The translations under genes were made by a program, and so were the position numbers. A stretch of DNA of 64,000 nucleotides from Octopus bimaculoides (Eukaryota), in assembly GCF_001194135.2 (NCBI RefSeq), contig NC_069002.1, positions 36,389,046-36,453,045 of the forward strand, given 5' to 3'. The notes beneath the pieces were generated by a model. That model did no database searches. It was not told the origin of the DNA and saw nothing but the letters and a program-made list of their open reading frames with translations. Below, piece by piece: positions 1-13,803 of the stretch; position 1 is the first letter of the stretch; the number at the start of each line of letters is the position of its first letter.

Positions 1-1263
1 CCTGAGGTTGATAACGCTATACTGCAAACTGTAAGCGCTTTTCTCGTTTTCCTTGTAAATTTTAATCTTATTGACGTTCTGTTCCTGTGAATCTTGTGGA
101 TAAATTGCTTACGCCAGATTGTTTTTCATGCAAGTAGAAAATCAATGAGACCACGAAGACAATGAATTTGATGTTTTAGGTAAAGAGCATTTAGAACTAT
201 AATGCACAAATTATCCAAAGGAGCCAGACAAACAGCAAGCACAAAAATACACTCAACTACAAGAACATCAACTAGTGCTGCTGCTGTTGCTGCATGCTAC
301 TACAACTACAACAACAAAATGAAAAACTACTACTACTACTACTTTTTCAATTTTGATACTAACTCAGTTATTAAATCCTATAACAAAAGAGAATTATGAA
401 CGAACATCAAGAATAAAATGGTAAAAGATGAATTTGTCTAACTACCATGAATTAATACAACGATTTTATACATAATATATTAATCCGTCAAATCTTAATG
501 AAATCCCAATTAAATAAATTCATTAAGCAATGACGAATTCTCCGTGCTTTGTTCTTCGCTGTTGCGTTCGTTTTTAACTTGTGGTGATAGTTGTTAATAT
601 TTTACATTGCAGTGTCACATTATGGTTTCAATAAAAAAAACAGTCATGGCTGAGTTGGCAGTTGATGACAGACGATACGGTTGAATTACGACCACTTCCA
701 ACGCTCTTTTTACAGACATCAAATGTATAAGCTCCCGCAGTCCACACTGTCCATCCACTCTTCAGATGATTACACTTGATTTGCTGATGATTTTACAGTA
801 ATTTCTTGCAAATGGAGCGACCACACAGTCTTCCGCATTTTCTACATCTAGGTTGCAATACTGAAGAAAAATGTCAGATAATTACGTGTATATATATATA
901 TATATATATATAAATAATTTAGATTCAAGGTGAATATGGTACTTAAGTTTAGGCACCAGAATTAACTATGGTATTATCCATACAATTTCAAAATAAGGTG
1001 ATTAAAATCAAAATAAGCAACAAGGATATGCAAAGTTAATGCAGTACGATCGTTTCATGCGACTCCATTTATTTAAGCAATGTGAACATTACATCAAATT
1101 AAGATATTGAAATTTAATAAAATTTCATTTCAACAGAAGGACATATTTTTAGAACTANNNNNNNNNNNNNNNNNNNNNNNNNNNNNNNNNNNNNNNNNNN
1201 NNNNNNNNNNNNNNNNNNNNNNNNNNNNNNNNNNNNNNNNNNNNNNNNNNNNNNNNNNNNNNN

Positions 1264-1295
<32 letters not shown>

Positions 1296-4186
1296 TCATA
1301 TTACATTATATACAGATAAGGATATGTATTCAACTAGAACCATACATATAAATTAATAAATAGATACATACATACCTTCATTCACATCCATATATATCAA
1401 TATATATCAAAACGGAAAATTATGATACACATAAAATATTTACATGTACATAGTTCTCTATATATGTCGATGTTTATATAGACGCATGTATTCACATATG
1501 GTAATACTCAGGCATACATAAATGTGCAAATTAAGTCTACACTGACAACACCTATATACACACGTTTACAAATATACACTTACATATAATTATATTGAAA
1601 AGAAATAGTAAAATAATAATATATCTGGATAAGAATATAAATAAAAAATAAAAATGAAAAATAGATAGATGCCTGAATAAATAAAAATGAAAATAAAGAA
1701 ATAGATAAATAAATGTAATAATATTATATGATTGAATATCATTCATTATTTAGTTATTAATAATTTGTAAATATGGTTATTAATTAAATGTAGTTATGTG
1801 AATAATAATGGATTTTATGTATGTGTTACAAAATTTGACTGTTCAATGTTTTTTGTTTTTTTTTTTGATAAAGTCTAATATAGTACATATAGCAATAATG
1901 CTTACTCCAATATTTTCTTATGTGTGATTAATGCAAAGATACTAGGTATATTTTTACTGGAGGTGTAATATGATATTATTAAAATGATTAGATTAAATAG
2001 TATACAAGAATAAATATAAAGAATATGGGATGGAAAATTGAATATATACAGAAAATATATAAATATAATATTGGTGCATATTATATCATGTATTAATTTA
2101 CAGTTAAAGATTTATCTGTATAGTAAATGAAAATAGTTATGAGGAAAATGACAGATACAAATATTATCAAGTGTAACTATTCACTGCTGTAATATTGGAT
2201 AACTGATATAAAAGTTAGCAATTGTGCAAGGTAAGATATTGGTAGAAAAATAATTCTTGTGTGTACAATATGTTAAACAGTAGAATTAATTATTATATTA
2301 TTATAATATTATGTGTAATAAAATTATAATAGAATTAGGTATTAATGTTAATAGTTTATTAGTTAGGTATAAAGTTAGGAGGGGGTTGTTATTAATAATG
2401 TGGCTAGTGATTACAGGGGTGTGTACAAGCAATCTAGTGAGGGAGATAATCAATTAATTCTAGTGAAGAGAGATAATGAAATAATTGTATAATTAAATAA
2501 TAAATTAAAAAGATAATTAATTAAATTTGAAAGATATTTATATTTCCAAGAGAATATATGGAATACTTTTCTCATTGAAAAGGATTTAATAGGGTGTTAC
2601 TGGATTAGTGTTGACTTTTTAAAACAGTGCAGAGGTAATTGTATCACATTTAAGGTAAGATTCAATAATAGTAGTGGGCTAGGGGTTAGGGGGTGTACAA
2701 ATATTATAGTGAGAGAGACAACAGATCTACTTATTATTTGAATTTGGAAAATACGTATTTTTCCGCGTGAACACGGGAATTACTTTTCTCGTCTCTTAGG
2801 TTAAGTAAAGTATTCCGAGACAAAAGAATATAGAATGCTTCCGTTATACAAAGAAGACATTTTTTGTATTATTCACTGTGAAAGCTGGTGCGGAAGCAAT
2901 TATGTCCCATTTAAGATCAAATCACACTCTGCTCTAGGCACAAGGCCCAAAATTTGTGGGGAGGGGACCAGTCAATTAGATCAACCTCTGTATGCAGCTG
3001 GTACTTCATTTTATCGACCCCGAAAGGATGAAAGGCAAAGTCGACCTCGGCGGAATTTGAAGACAGACGAAATACCGCTAAGCATTTCGCCCGGCGTGCT
3101 GACGTGGTAAATAGCGTTAGAAAGTTATTAAGCTGTACAGACACCACTTCTTTTCTCTTTTACAAATACAAGAATGCGCNNNNNNNNNNNNNNNNNNNNN
3201 NNNNNNNNNNNNNNNNNNNNNNNNNNNNNNNNNNNNNNNNNNNNNNNNNNNNNNNNNNNNNNNNNNNNNNNNNNNNNNNNNNNNNNNNNNNNNNNNNNNN
3301 NNNNNNNNNNNNNNNNNNNNNNNNNNNNNNNNNNNNNNNNNNNNNNNNNNNNNNNNNNNNNNNNNNNNNNNNNNNNNNNNNNNNNNNNNNNNNNNNNNNN
3401 NNNNNNNNNNNNNNNNNNNNNNNNNNNNNNNNNNNNNNNNNNNNNNTGTGTGTGTGTGTGTGCATGAAATTATTTGGCATTTTTTCTACAATTTTGCAAC
3501 TTCGGTCAAGAAAACGCGTGAGACTTCGTGGTCGCGAGACTTCGTGGTCGCGAGACTTCCAAGGATTTAATCATAAAACCAGATGCATCACGGGAAGGGG
3601 GCGTGACTGCTGCAACGTGTGTCGCTGGCTTTTCCTCGCGGAAACACCATCACGGTCACAACCGAGGAATACTGCTGAGCACTCCATTTGTTTTGGGGTA
3701 TGTTGCCCATTGCCCACAACCCTCCATCTCTTGCACTCGTTTCCTACACCCTTTTCTGCTTTTCTCTATTCTCCTTTCTTATCTATCTTTTTTCCTGTTT
3801 CTTTCTATTTAAATGTTATAAAATAGAACTTGGACAAAATTTGTTTTACAATAATATAATGTGACACTGCAGAAACAAGTAGTGCAGTGAAGAAGGAAGA
3901 ACAGAGTAATTTTCATGGTTTCATAAATTTATTTATCTGAGATTTCATTAAAATTTGAGGGATTAATAACATAAATATATTAGATATAGGAGGAGGTGTA
4001 GGATGAGGAGAAGTAGCAGCATCAGTGACAACAACAACATTTGTTGATGTTCTTGTAGTTGAGTGGATTTTTGCTGTTTCTCTGGCTCCTTTGGTTTGTT
4101 TGTTTCCGTGATCGCATCGATTTCCCCGTTGTATAAAAACAATCTGATGTATATAGTTTACTCACAGGATTCACAGGTGCAGAACG

Positions 4187-5635
4187 TTAATAAGATGGTA
4201 AATTTACAATAAAAATCAGAAAAGCAATTACAGTTTGGACTATACCGTTAGTAGCCACATGGATCCTATTTTGTGAACTACAATAGCATTTACGATTTTC
4301 ACATTCACATATGTAACCTGCGCAACATGGACGTCGTAGCCTCGGTCTTGGACCGTTGCAAGGCCCTTTTGTACATCTACCACGTCTCTTAATCCTGTCA
4401 CTGTAAATACAGAATATATTAGGAAATAAAAAATATTATTAAACTATGATTTCTCATTAAGGGAGAAGGCGCGGAATTTACAGGGAAAGGGATCAGGCTG
4501 TATTGGTGTTTATTTTAACGACGTGGATAAAACCAAAAGAATCTGACGGGACTTGAACTCAAAACATGCAGATCCGAAACAAATACCACAAGTCGTATAT
4601 TTCTGTTCTTTTAACGATAACTAAGTATATAAATATAAATATATATCCAGAATTTCATAAGTAGAATTAGATAGTCACAGGGGAATTAATGGATAAATGT
4701 TATAAAGAGTTAGAGACGAGGTAACAAGCGGGATAGTTATGTTCTTCAGTTAATAATTTTAACAAATATGCATGTATATTAATTAGATGAGTCTACTTTT
4801 TAATACCCCCGATACATTTCAATGTTGCACTTATTGATTGACTGCATTCGAATTATCGCCACTATTTTAAAACTTGGTTCCTGATTCTCAGCACATTTTA
4901 ATTGAGAATTATGTTTTTAATTAGGAAATCAAATCTATATTCTATGTGGTAAAATCTCTCTTTTTCGGGTCATTATGATTTGTCATATATACACCTCTTA
5001 AATGAGATATGTAAACAAGGTTTCCGAATTAACAAGCCAAACAATTTTCCATATTGAAAATAATGTTCAAAACAGAAATCTTAACCTTTATATGATTTTC
5101 AATTTTAGTTATTTTGGTTTAATTGTATTTGTATCAGAAAAACGATCTTCTTGGCTCGTGGTTACGAAGTGAGCCCCTTAACCACACGACCATACCAGCA
5201 CGCATATTTCAATAAATTGTTAATAAATTTTGTAGGCAAGATATAAAGAAATATTATTTAATTTTTTACTTATGAAAATAATTTTCTCTTCGCTAAATCT
5301 CGCTTCATATCTTCCCCTTTCAGATTTTCTGTTATACAGAAACTACCATTTAGAAATAGTCTCAGAATTTGAATTTGCCAATACGAATAACATTTTTACT
5401 ATACACTCAAGGCCTGAGACGTTGATGGCGGGTGCTACTCCCTTACATAGACCCTAGTTCTCAACTAGTAATTATTTTATCGACCCAGAAATGATGAAAG
5501 GTGCAGTCAACATCGGCAAAATTTCAACTCAAAACACAAAACCGGAAGTAGTGCCACTATGGGTATTTTATCCAGAGAGCTAATGATTCTGCCAGCTTAC
5601 CGCCTGGCCAAAACTAAATTAAGCATATATATATA

Positions 5636-5683
<48 letters not shown>

Positions 5684-6432
5684 AGAGATGCAGATATGTA
5701 GTACTTACCTATAACTCACTGCACTCAAACTTACATAAACTCCTGTCTGTTGATGCACTAGAGCAACATCTGAAAGAGATATTAAAATACATCTGAAAGA
5801 ATTAGATATCCATTTGCCCATGCATCACTCAACAGATAATTCATTGAATACAGGATAATGTATTTATAATAACCCCATTTGAAACAAAATGCAGGATCAT
5901 GACGACTGGAACTCGTATTTCCTCATTCAGGCAGTTAATATGGCTCCTCACTGCAGTGATGGATATTTGTAATGCATAAAGGAGAAGGAAGGACAAGAAA
6001 ACAAGTAAAACCCTCACCTTATGCATATTTGGAATATATAATATAACGAGGCTCTACTATTACTATTAAATAAGATTCAACGCTCTATATCAAAGGCTCA
6101 CAGTGAACTGCTTACCAATAGGAGCTCACAGTTTTTTAAATTTATAACAGTGGAGTCAGTTCACCTTTAGTCACGAGGGAGTGGTCGGACTCCTTCCACA
6201 ACATGTAGATAAATAGAGAATTATTTATTTGAAAGCTGTAATTACATATAAACGGGGTACATCCGAAAGACCGTTGAGGTAACGTTATTCATTTTTTTTT
6301 CTGACTCCCTTTTCTCCCACTACATATCTGATGACTATAAAGTAAAAAATATTTCCAATTATACTTACTTCGTTTACCGGAGAAGCTGTATGAAATGAAT
6401 GCACAAAAGAATAAGACACTGATGTTTTTCAT
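4187..6432 (-). CDS. Knottin (ICK, agatoxin-like) precursor gene A, 112 aa, 3 coding exons, hydrophobic C-terminal tail
   Basis: Coding exons are 6432-6369 (donor GTAAGT, phase 1), 5769-5709 (cag|AT...AG|GTAAGT) and 4400-4187 (ttacag| to TAA), 339 nt and in frame. Protein: MKNISVLFFCAFISYSFSGKRNVALVHQQTGVYVSLSAVSYSDRIKR/RGRCTKGPCNGPRPRLRRPCCAGYICECENRKCYCSSQNRIHVATNGIVQTVIAFLIFIVNLPSY*. Furin-type RIKR site; Cys spacing C-x4-C-x10-CC-x4-C-x-C-x4-C-x-C. Confidence 0.85.
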
Positions 6433-6550
6433 CACGCACCTAATGATATAGAAATATAACAACGGGAGTCATTAGAAACGGAAGCTTTATTCCTACAAAG
6501 AAGCAAAGGTCTGCAGCTGAAATTTAGGTTACGCTGATCTTGTAGCTATC

Positions 6551-7060
6551 TGTTGTGGAGATAACAGTAATAATGGCACACCCTCCCACGTGACGAGTGA
6601 TATGTGCTAGTCGCTATAAATATAGTGGTGTCGGTCAGTAGAAAGAGTGAGTATGAAGTAGAAAGTCATAGATAGTGGTGGTCTTACTTGTCTTACTAAC
6701 TATAGCAGAGTGGGCATTATAAGGATTACAAGAGTGGCGACGAGGAATTAAGAAACTTCCGAGGAATTAACAAACTCACAAGGAGTTATGAAACTCAAAA
6801 GTTTTTTTGTGAAAATTTTACGGGAAAAAAATTGTAAAAATATGGAAAGTTTGTTGGCGGGTTTGCTTGAGTTGTAAGAACAGTAGCAACTGAAAGAACA
6901 ACAGCAACAGTTACAACTGCTAGAGCAACAGCAGAAGCAACAGCAGAAGCAACAACAACAACAATTACTATTACAACAACAAATGCTGCAATTAATGAAG
7001 TGTAAGTCATCAGAAAATGCTGAAAAAAATGTTCTGAACGACCGATTTGCATTAACCAAA
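6551..7060 (+). mobile_element. Truncated Gypsy-type LTR retrotransposon 5' end (LTR, PBS, decayed gag start)
   Basis: TG...CA segment 6551-6730 with an internal TATAAATA. TGGCGACGAGGA at 6735-6746 is complementary to the tRNA-Ser(GCT) 3' end. A Gln-rich frame follows (MESLLAGLLEL*EQ..QQQ..). The segment is absent from the paralogous block at 8740-9280. Confidence 0.55.
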
Positions 7061-7298
7061 AAAAAAAAACAAGAAAAGCTGGAGTTAATCCAAAAAGAAA
7101 GAAGTAAAATGATGCATATTCAGTCGATGATTTGTAAAGCGAAAATTTTTAAATCGTTAAGAGTATTCTGTCTGATTGAGGATCTTGGGTTCTACACATG
7201 CGCACTGACAACAAACAAATCAAGCTTATAAACACACATTCTACCTCTACAAACCATCATCGTTACCATAACATTCTATACATTGTTAATACTAATTT

Positions 7299-7362
7299 AC
7301 ATACAGTCATAATGAATAATTTAAATGTTACATACTTGTTATATTCGACCGGTATTTATATA
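7299..7362 (-). promoter_or_regulatory. Putative TATA box, short non-coding exon 1 and donor of gene A
   Basis: TATAAATA at 7360-7353 and donor GTATGT at 7304-7299. The same 49-nt spacing is conserved in paralogous blocks at 9492-9431 and 12293-12232 (TATA degraded in the third). Confidence 0.5.
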
Positions 7363-7587
7363 AAGAACTCAATAGACTTCTCTTGTGAAGAGTTCAAATT
7401 AGATGATGGTATTTATATATATATATAATGTTAGTTATCAAGAGAACAGCATCAACGCTTGTTTGCACCAGCTTTCGTATCCTTCTCTCTTTCTCAACTT
7501 GCTCTCAATGTATCCTGTTCTTTTTTTTTGCTCACACAAACACACATATATACACACAAATACGTACACACTAAAAAACGACCACCC

Positions 7588-7655
<68 letters not shown>

Positions 7656-7799
7656 AACATGATTAATGCGATTAGTTTCTGTATTACTAACTCGTGTAGC
7701 TCGAACACCTGTGTGGAGTAATAATAAGAAGTATTATTATAAGAATTAGAATAAGTCGTTTCGCACAATATCAAAATCATATTCTCTGTTACGTCAACG

Positions 7800-8620
7800 A
7801 TCCTCACTGAATGTCGGAGCAACATCTGTGTGCGAAAGAGTTCGATTACAGTTTGCCTCGGGACGTCAGGCGAGAGACTTTTGAATAAGTAAAGGTTCCG
7901 TGCTGATCAGAATGATATTGTATTAGAAATCGACAGAAGGAAATGTATAATGTATAATTTTTATTTATTGGGAACATAAACGAAATGCATTTTCCTCTTC
8001 ACATGGTAGAGAATCGAAATCTAAACCAAGACAAAAAAGAAACAGGAAGAAAAAAGAAGAGAGAAAGTCAAAAGAAACAGCGATTAGAACCTTTGACCTC
8101 CAGAAAAGTGGGATTACTTAAGTAATTTCTTAGATTCTCATGTACTCAAGTTTTTGTAAGACAAAAGCTCTAGCTAAGAAAAAATAAAGAGGAATATCAT
8201 CTATACATGCGCAGGGGTTGATCGATAAAAATCGATGTTCAGAATGGATAAGAGTAATTGGCACATTACGATCTGATGGACTACAAATAGTGAAGTGTTT
8301 CACCATCTGGGACCAATTAAGAATATTCTATAACAAACACTGATCGAACAGTAAATTCTCAACAGAATTTTGGAAGAGGAGTCCTGCAAGTCTACCAGAT
8401 AGATGGTAGAGCATTGTAGAAAATGAAGGAGAGTATATTTTAGATGAAAAAATAACTTTGTTTATCTTTATTCGATGTGGTATCAAATGGTTCCCAGACT
8501 AGCTATATTTAAAGTTTCGACATCTTCGCCTTCGAAATAGTCACTTTGCGCAGCAATACACCAGTCTCAATGATCCTCCTGCTTTTGGAATCTGGCCTGG
8601 ATGTTGTTTTCTGTAAGCGA
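7800..8620 (+). mobile_element. Decayed pogo/Tigger (DDE_1) transposase fragment
   Basis: Homologous to 10250-11170 (gagaatcgaaatctaa, ttacgatctgatggac, gggacca.tt). No intact ORF. Confidence 0.5.
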
Positions 8621-8662
8621 GTCAAGGACCTTTATAAAGTAAAAGAAAATTATAATTAACAC

Positions 8663-8738
8663 TTTGTTCATCCGAAAAGGTTCATGAAATGAGTTCACAG
8701 AAAAGAATAAGACATTGATGCTTTTCATCAAGCAGCTG
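8663..8738 (-). pseudogene. Decayed paralog of the gene A signal-peptide exon
   Basis: Reads ATGAAAAGCATCAATGTCTTATTCTTTTC versus gene A ATGAAAAACATCAGTGTCTTATTCTTTTG. The coding part is 66 nt rather than 64 (frame-incompatible) and the donor has degraded to GTGTTA. Confidence 0.7.
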
Positions 8739-8952
8739 CTGAAATAGAAAAACGAGAGTCACTGAAGACGGAACCCCTTTTGTTTCAAAGAAGCTGAAGT
8801 TTTGGTAAAAATAACCTTATACCGATTCAAATTTATTTCACTGAAAGTCCAAGATGTGTGAATTAGTAACAATAAAAGTCATTTCAAACTGTCAAATTTA
8901 TGTTCATCATTGGAGAAAATTTCGGATAAAAATACGATAATGTTTATATGTT

Positions 8953-9085
<133 letters not shown>

Positions 9086-10249
9086 TGTTTTTTTTTCATA
9101 CCAACATATACTCATGCCTGAAATCATGGCATATTTCAAATTGTTGTTTAGATACATTTTATTCCTTATCCTGCATCCATATGATCAACGATATTAACCC
9201 ATTACCTCCCACAATTCTATTAACTGGAATTTTTTTTATGAAACTTTGATTTCTAGCATAAAACAGCCTTAGAAAAATTTGTAAAACATTCAGTGTATTG
9301 TCTCTGTTTCAGGTTCACGGGATGTACGCATGCGCACAGGCAACAAACAAATCAAGCTTATAAACACACATTCTACCTTTACAAAATATCATCATTACCA
9401 TAACATTCTATACATTGTTCATACTAATTTACATACAACCACAATGAATAATTTAAATGCTACATACTTGTTATATTCGAACAGTATTTATACAAGGAGC
9501 TCAGTAGCCTTCTCTTGTGCAAAGTTCAAACCGGTTGATGATACTTAAATGGTGTTAGTTATCAAGAGAACTACCTCAAACGCTTCTTTATACCAGATTT
9601 CGTATTCTCTCTTTCCCAACTTGTTCTGCTTAATATTTCTTCTTTTTTTACACACATAAGCACAGACACACACACACCCACAGACATAAGCACATATCAA
9701 TACACACACAAACACACCCACAGACATAACCACATACCAATACACACACAAACATACATATACGTATATACATAGATATAGCAACACACACACACACATA
9801 CGTACATACATGAATATCAACAACACGATTTATGCGATGAGATTCAATGTTACTAATTTATGTACCTCGAACAGCTGTATGAATTAATAAGTAGTAATTA
9901 GAGAACGTAATTTCAAATAATACTAAACTTATGTTCTCAGTTAGGCCAATGTTGGAGACGTCAAAATTTGTGATAAGAACAGGATAATGTTTATATATTG
10001 TTTTTTACATGTCAACATATATAGATTGCTAAAAAAATTTCCGCAAAACTCCAAATCGTTGTTTAGATCCAGATCATTCCTAATCCAGCAGACATATTGT
10101 CAATGACATTTTATTTATGACCACCTTTTATTGTGTCCAGCTTCACATACGGAATACCGTGTAGACTCCTATAAAAAAAAATCAATCTCATGTAATATTC
10201 GGTTCCCTATTTTTGGAAATAATGTGGAATTTTCCATTTATCACGTGTA

Positions 10250-11165
10250 AAAGTCGATTCTATGCCAGTGCAATATATATGTGTCAGAAGATAGATTATA
10301 GTTTCCCTCTGGACGTTGGGTAAAAAATTATTGAATAAGCAAAATCGGGTCGTAACATCACTTTGCAGCACAGCTTCTCCTGGAATTGAAATTGCATTAT
10401 GGACGGGTTTTATGACTGAGTTCTTCGGCTGATAACTAAGCACCCAAAACGCTGCTTGATGATCAAAATGATAATATATTATATCTTCATATAAGGCGGT
10501 AAGCTGGCAGAGTCATTAGCACACCAGGTAAAATGTTTAGCAACAGTTTCTTCCGACTTTATGTTCTGAGTTCAGATTCCACCGATGTTGGGTTTATCTT
10601 TTATTTATTTATTTTTTGCGACGCTGGTAAAATAGATACCAGTTAAGTACTGGTGTTGATATAATTGATTTAACTCTTCTCCCCCAAAATTACGGGACTT
10701 GTGCCAAAATTTGAAGCCAATATGTTAGTTTCTTCAGATTTTAATCGGAAATCGGCGGAAGAAAGGCAACAAATTTTCATCTATTGGTAACATAAATGAA
10801 AGGCTTATTCCTCTTGGAATGTCAGAGAATCGAAATCTAAGCCAAAAAGAGAACAGAAGCAGCAATGAGAAGAGCTGGATTGAAGAAAAGTAGGATTGTA
10901 TTTGCAGATTCTTAGTTTCTGATGGACTTAAGTTAAAACCGATGGTTGTTTTTAAGAGAAAAACTTTAGCAAAGGATAAATAAAGAGAAATGTCATCCAG
11001 GCAAGCATAAAGTTGGATGAATAAGAATGGATGTAGAAAATGAATTAAAGTAGTTTGCACTTTACGATCTGATGGACAACAAGAAGTAAAGAGTTTGTTC
11101 GTCAGGGACCAGTTTAGGGCACTTTAGTGAAAAATGGGAGAACGTTGTTGATAACATTCTGCTAG

Positions 11166-11170
<5 letters not shown>
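10250..11170 (+). mobile_element. Decayed pogo/Tigger (DDE_1) transposase fragment
   Basis: Interrupted frames include DGLKLKPMVVFKRKTLAKDK and SLFVRDQFRA, typical of pogo DDE_1 domains. Interrupted by a SINE at about 10480-10720. Confidence 0.6.
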
Positions 11171-11228
<58 letters not shown>

Positions 11229-12395
11229 GTCCCCAACCACCGCTTGACAAACGGTGCTGGTATGGTTTACGTTCCCGTAAATTAGCGGTCGGTTCCTTTA
11301 AATGTGACCAATAGAGTAAGTACCAGACTTCAAATGAGAGTGCTGGGGGTTGATTCATTCGACCAAAGTTCTTCAAGACGGTGCCCCAGTATGGCCACAG
11401 CCGCATAACTGAAACAATTAAAAGAATAGAAGAATAAAAGAAGATATAATATCAAATAATGACATTGACTAGTCATAATGTATATAAAGAAATAAACAGC
11501 ACTGTAGTTGGTATGTCTTTAGGTGCTGCTAATGATTAATGTGTCTTAAATCAGTTTCTGTTCTTTTTTTTTGGAGGGGGGGGTGCCATTAACGGAGTCG
11601 AGCTGGCAGAATCGTTAGCACGCAGGGCAACGTTCTGAGTTCAAAAATTACGTTTTTCCATCGGAAATTATGGAGCAAAATGTTGCCCGAAAGTGCTATT
11701 TGTTTATTGATGCTGTTAGATTTATTATTATAATATTTGGTAATTTGTGTTAGTATTAATACTTGTAGTAATATTAGCAAAAGTGATTTTAATAGCAGAA
11801 GCAGTAAATGAATTTACGTGTATTGATGTTCGTTGCGCGTTGAAAATAAAGAAGGTAGAAGAAAATACAAAGGAACCCTATTAAATATCAAAATATCAAT
11901 TAACATTGTATATCTGTCTATCTAACTGTTTCTCTATCTATTTAATATATTTGTGCATTTGTGCGTGCGTGTGTACGCGCGTGTGCATATATGTATACAT
12001 GGTTTAGTGGCTAGGCTCGTGTTCATTCACAAAGTACAGAGTAAAATGATGCACATTCACCAAATACAATCGATGAGATGTAAAGGGAAAATTTGTAAAG
12101 CATTCTGGTTATTCTCTTTGTTTGCGGTTCTTGAACTGTACACGTGCAAACCGGCAACAAACAAATTAAGCTCTACCACTACCATCATCATCATTACCAT
12201 AACTTATTCTGTATTTTGTTATTACTAATTCACATACAGCCTCAATGAATAATTTTAATGCTACATAGTTGCTATACTCGAATTGTATTCATATTAAGAG
12301 CTCAGTAGCCTTCTCTAGTGTAAAATTGATGATATTTATATCATGTTAGTTATCAAGAGAACTCTTTCAACACTTGCTAATTCCGACTTTCGTTT

Positions 12396-12449
<54 letters not shown>

Positions 12450-13655
12450 CTCTCTCATTACATCGTTTTCTCTAAACTAGAATGTATAATTTTCACGTTC
12501 ATATTTGAATTTTTCGCGTTTCAATTTTTCTCTGTTTTTTACTCATTCCAAAAGTTGATGGACATATAGCGGTACATAAAACCGAATCAGAAAATCTCTA
12601 GTGAGACTTTTTATTTTTTTGTTTATTTATGTATCCGAGAGGTCACTAGAATTCTACACTGAGTTTCAGCTCCTCAAATGTAGCATCAATATAATAATTG
12701 ACCCCTGAGATTTAATAATTGAGATTCTTTAGAAAATTCAACTTATATAGGCATATGCACGGTATGCACTTCACGATCGAAGACTGGTGGGATTTGGTGG
12801 GTATTGGTTACCAAACTTAGTAGGTTAGAGGGACAATAAATGATGTGTATCAAGGCAATTTCAACTACTTTCGTAAATTACAAAATGTTCAGTCATATTT
12901 CGTGAACTCCACAGCTGATTTATGTCCCAATGCTTAATTCTAAATGGTTCATAGGTATTTGGCGTCACGCATGAACAGATCAAGCGAAACGATATTAACT
13001 TTAAAAGAAGAAAACCTTATATCTCACGAAGTCTAAAAACATCCTGAATTCGAAAGTGGGAATCAGAAAATATTAAGTAGCTCATATAATGGAAGAAATG
13101 ACCTACTTATCAACATTAACAATCAACCAGTTCAGAAATAATATTTTACTCTTTTATACATTTTAACCCAAAGGATTTGGCCATGCTGGAGCACCTCATT
13201 TTATATAATATCAAATAAGGATACTTCGTATATTCCACCATGCAAATTACAATCCTGTGTTTGTCATCCGAAGGACACCACGTCGTTTTTGAAACATATT
13301 TATCAATCAAAACACAAAGAAGGGACTCCAGATTTCCATGACTAATATTGGATGAGGGGTAAGCATTTTTCAGCTGATGGAACTTCTGTGAGTTGTATTT
13401 CATAAGTCGACTACATCAATCTCACTGCTCAACTGGTACTTATTTTATCGACCTCGAAAGAATGAAAGGCAAAGTCGACTCCAGTGACATTTGAATCCAG
13501 AAGGCAATGTCGGAAGAAACGTCGCTGGGCATTTTGTCCGATGCAGTAACGATTCTGCCAACTCGCTAATCGTTCTGTCAGTTCATGTAGAATATTAATA
13601 TTGAATTATGTATTTCATTTTCATCAAATGTTTCTGACAGAAACAGCATAATTTA

Positions 13656-13803
13656 TTACAAATTTAATTGTGTAAAGACAAGAATAAAAATTATAATTAC
13701 TATAGCAAGCTGTTTCATTTTTATTGTTATTGGTATCTTTTACATACTCCTACATATCCATGCCAATTAATGCAGCATTTCCTTTGAGAATCACTCTTCT
13801 TTT
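13656..13803 (-). pseudogene. Decayed knottin terminal exon P1
   Basis: Acceptor ccttgcttag|, then AAAAGAAGA (KRR-like), TGCTGC, and TGGATATGTAGG (compare TGTATATGTAGG in D3). An AT-rich hydrophobic tail ends in TAA. Frameshifts and stops are present and C1-C2 are missing. Confidence 0.45.

Noticed and set aside
620-870. Minus-strand Cys-rich frame LQPRCRKCGRLCGRSICKKLL*NHQQIKC...
   Set aside because: It has an internal stop, no family Cys spacing and no partner exons. It could not be assigned.
900-2800. AT-rich region with repeated gggtgtacaa...tagtgag motifs
   Set aside because: Probably a very decayed Penelope-like element or its terminal repeat, but there is too little coding signal to call.
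5841-6026. ORF MHKVRVLLVFLSFLLLYALQISITA... as the signal exon of gene A
   Set aside because: Its only donors are phase 0 and give a stop in the pro exon. The exon at 6439-6369 has the family signature, the correct phase and a GTAAGT donor.
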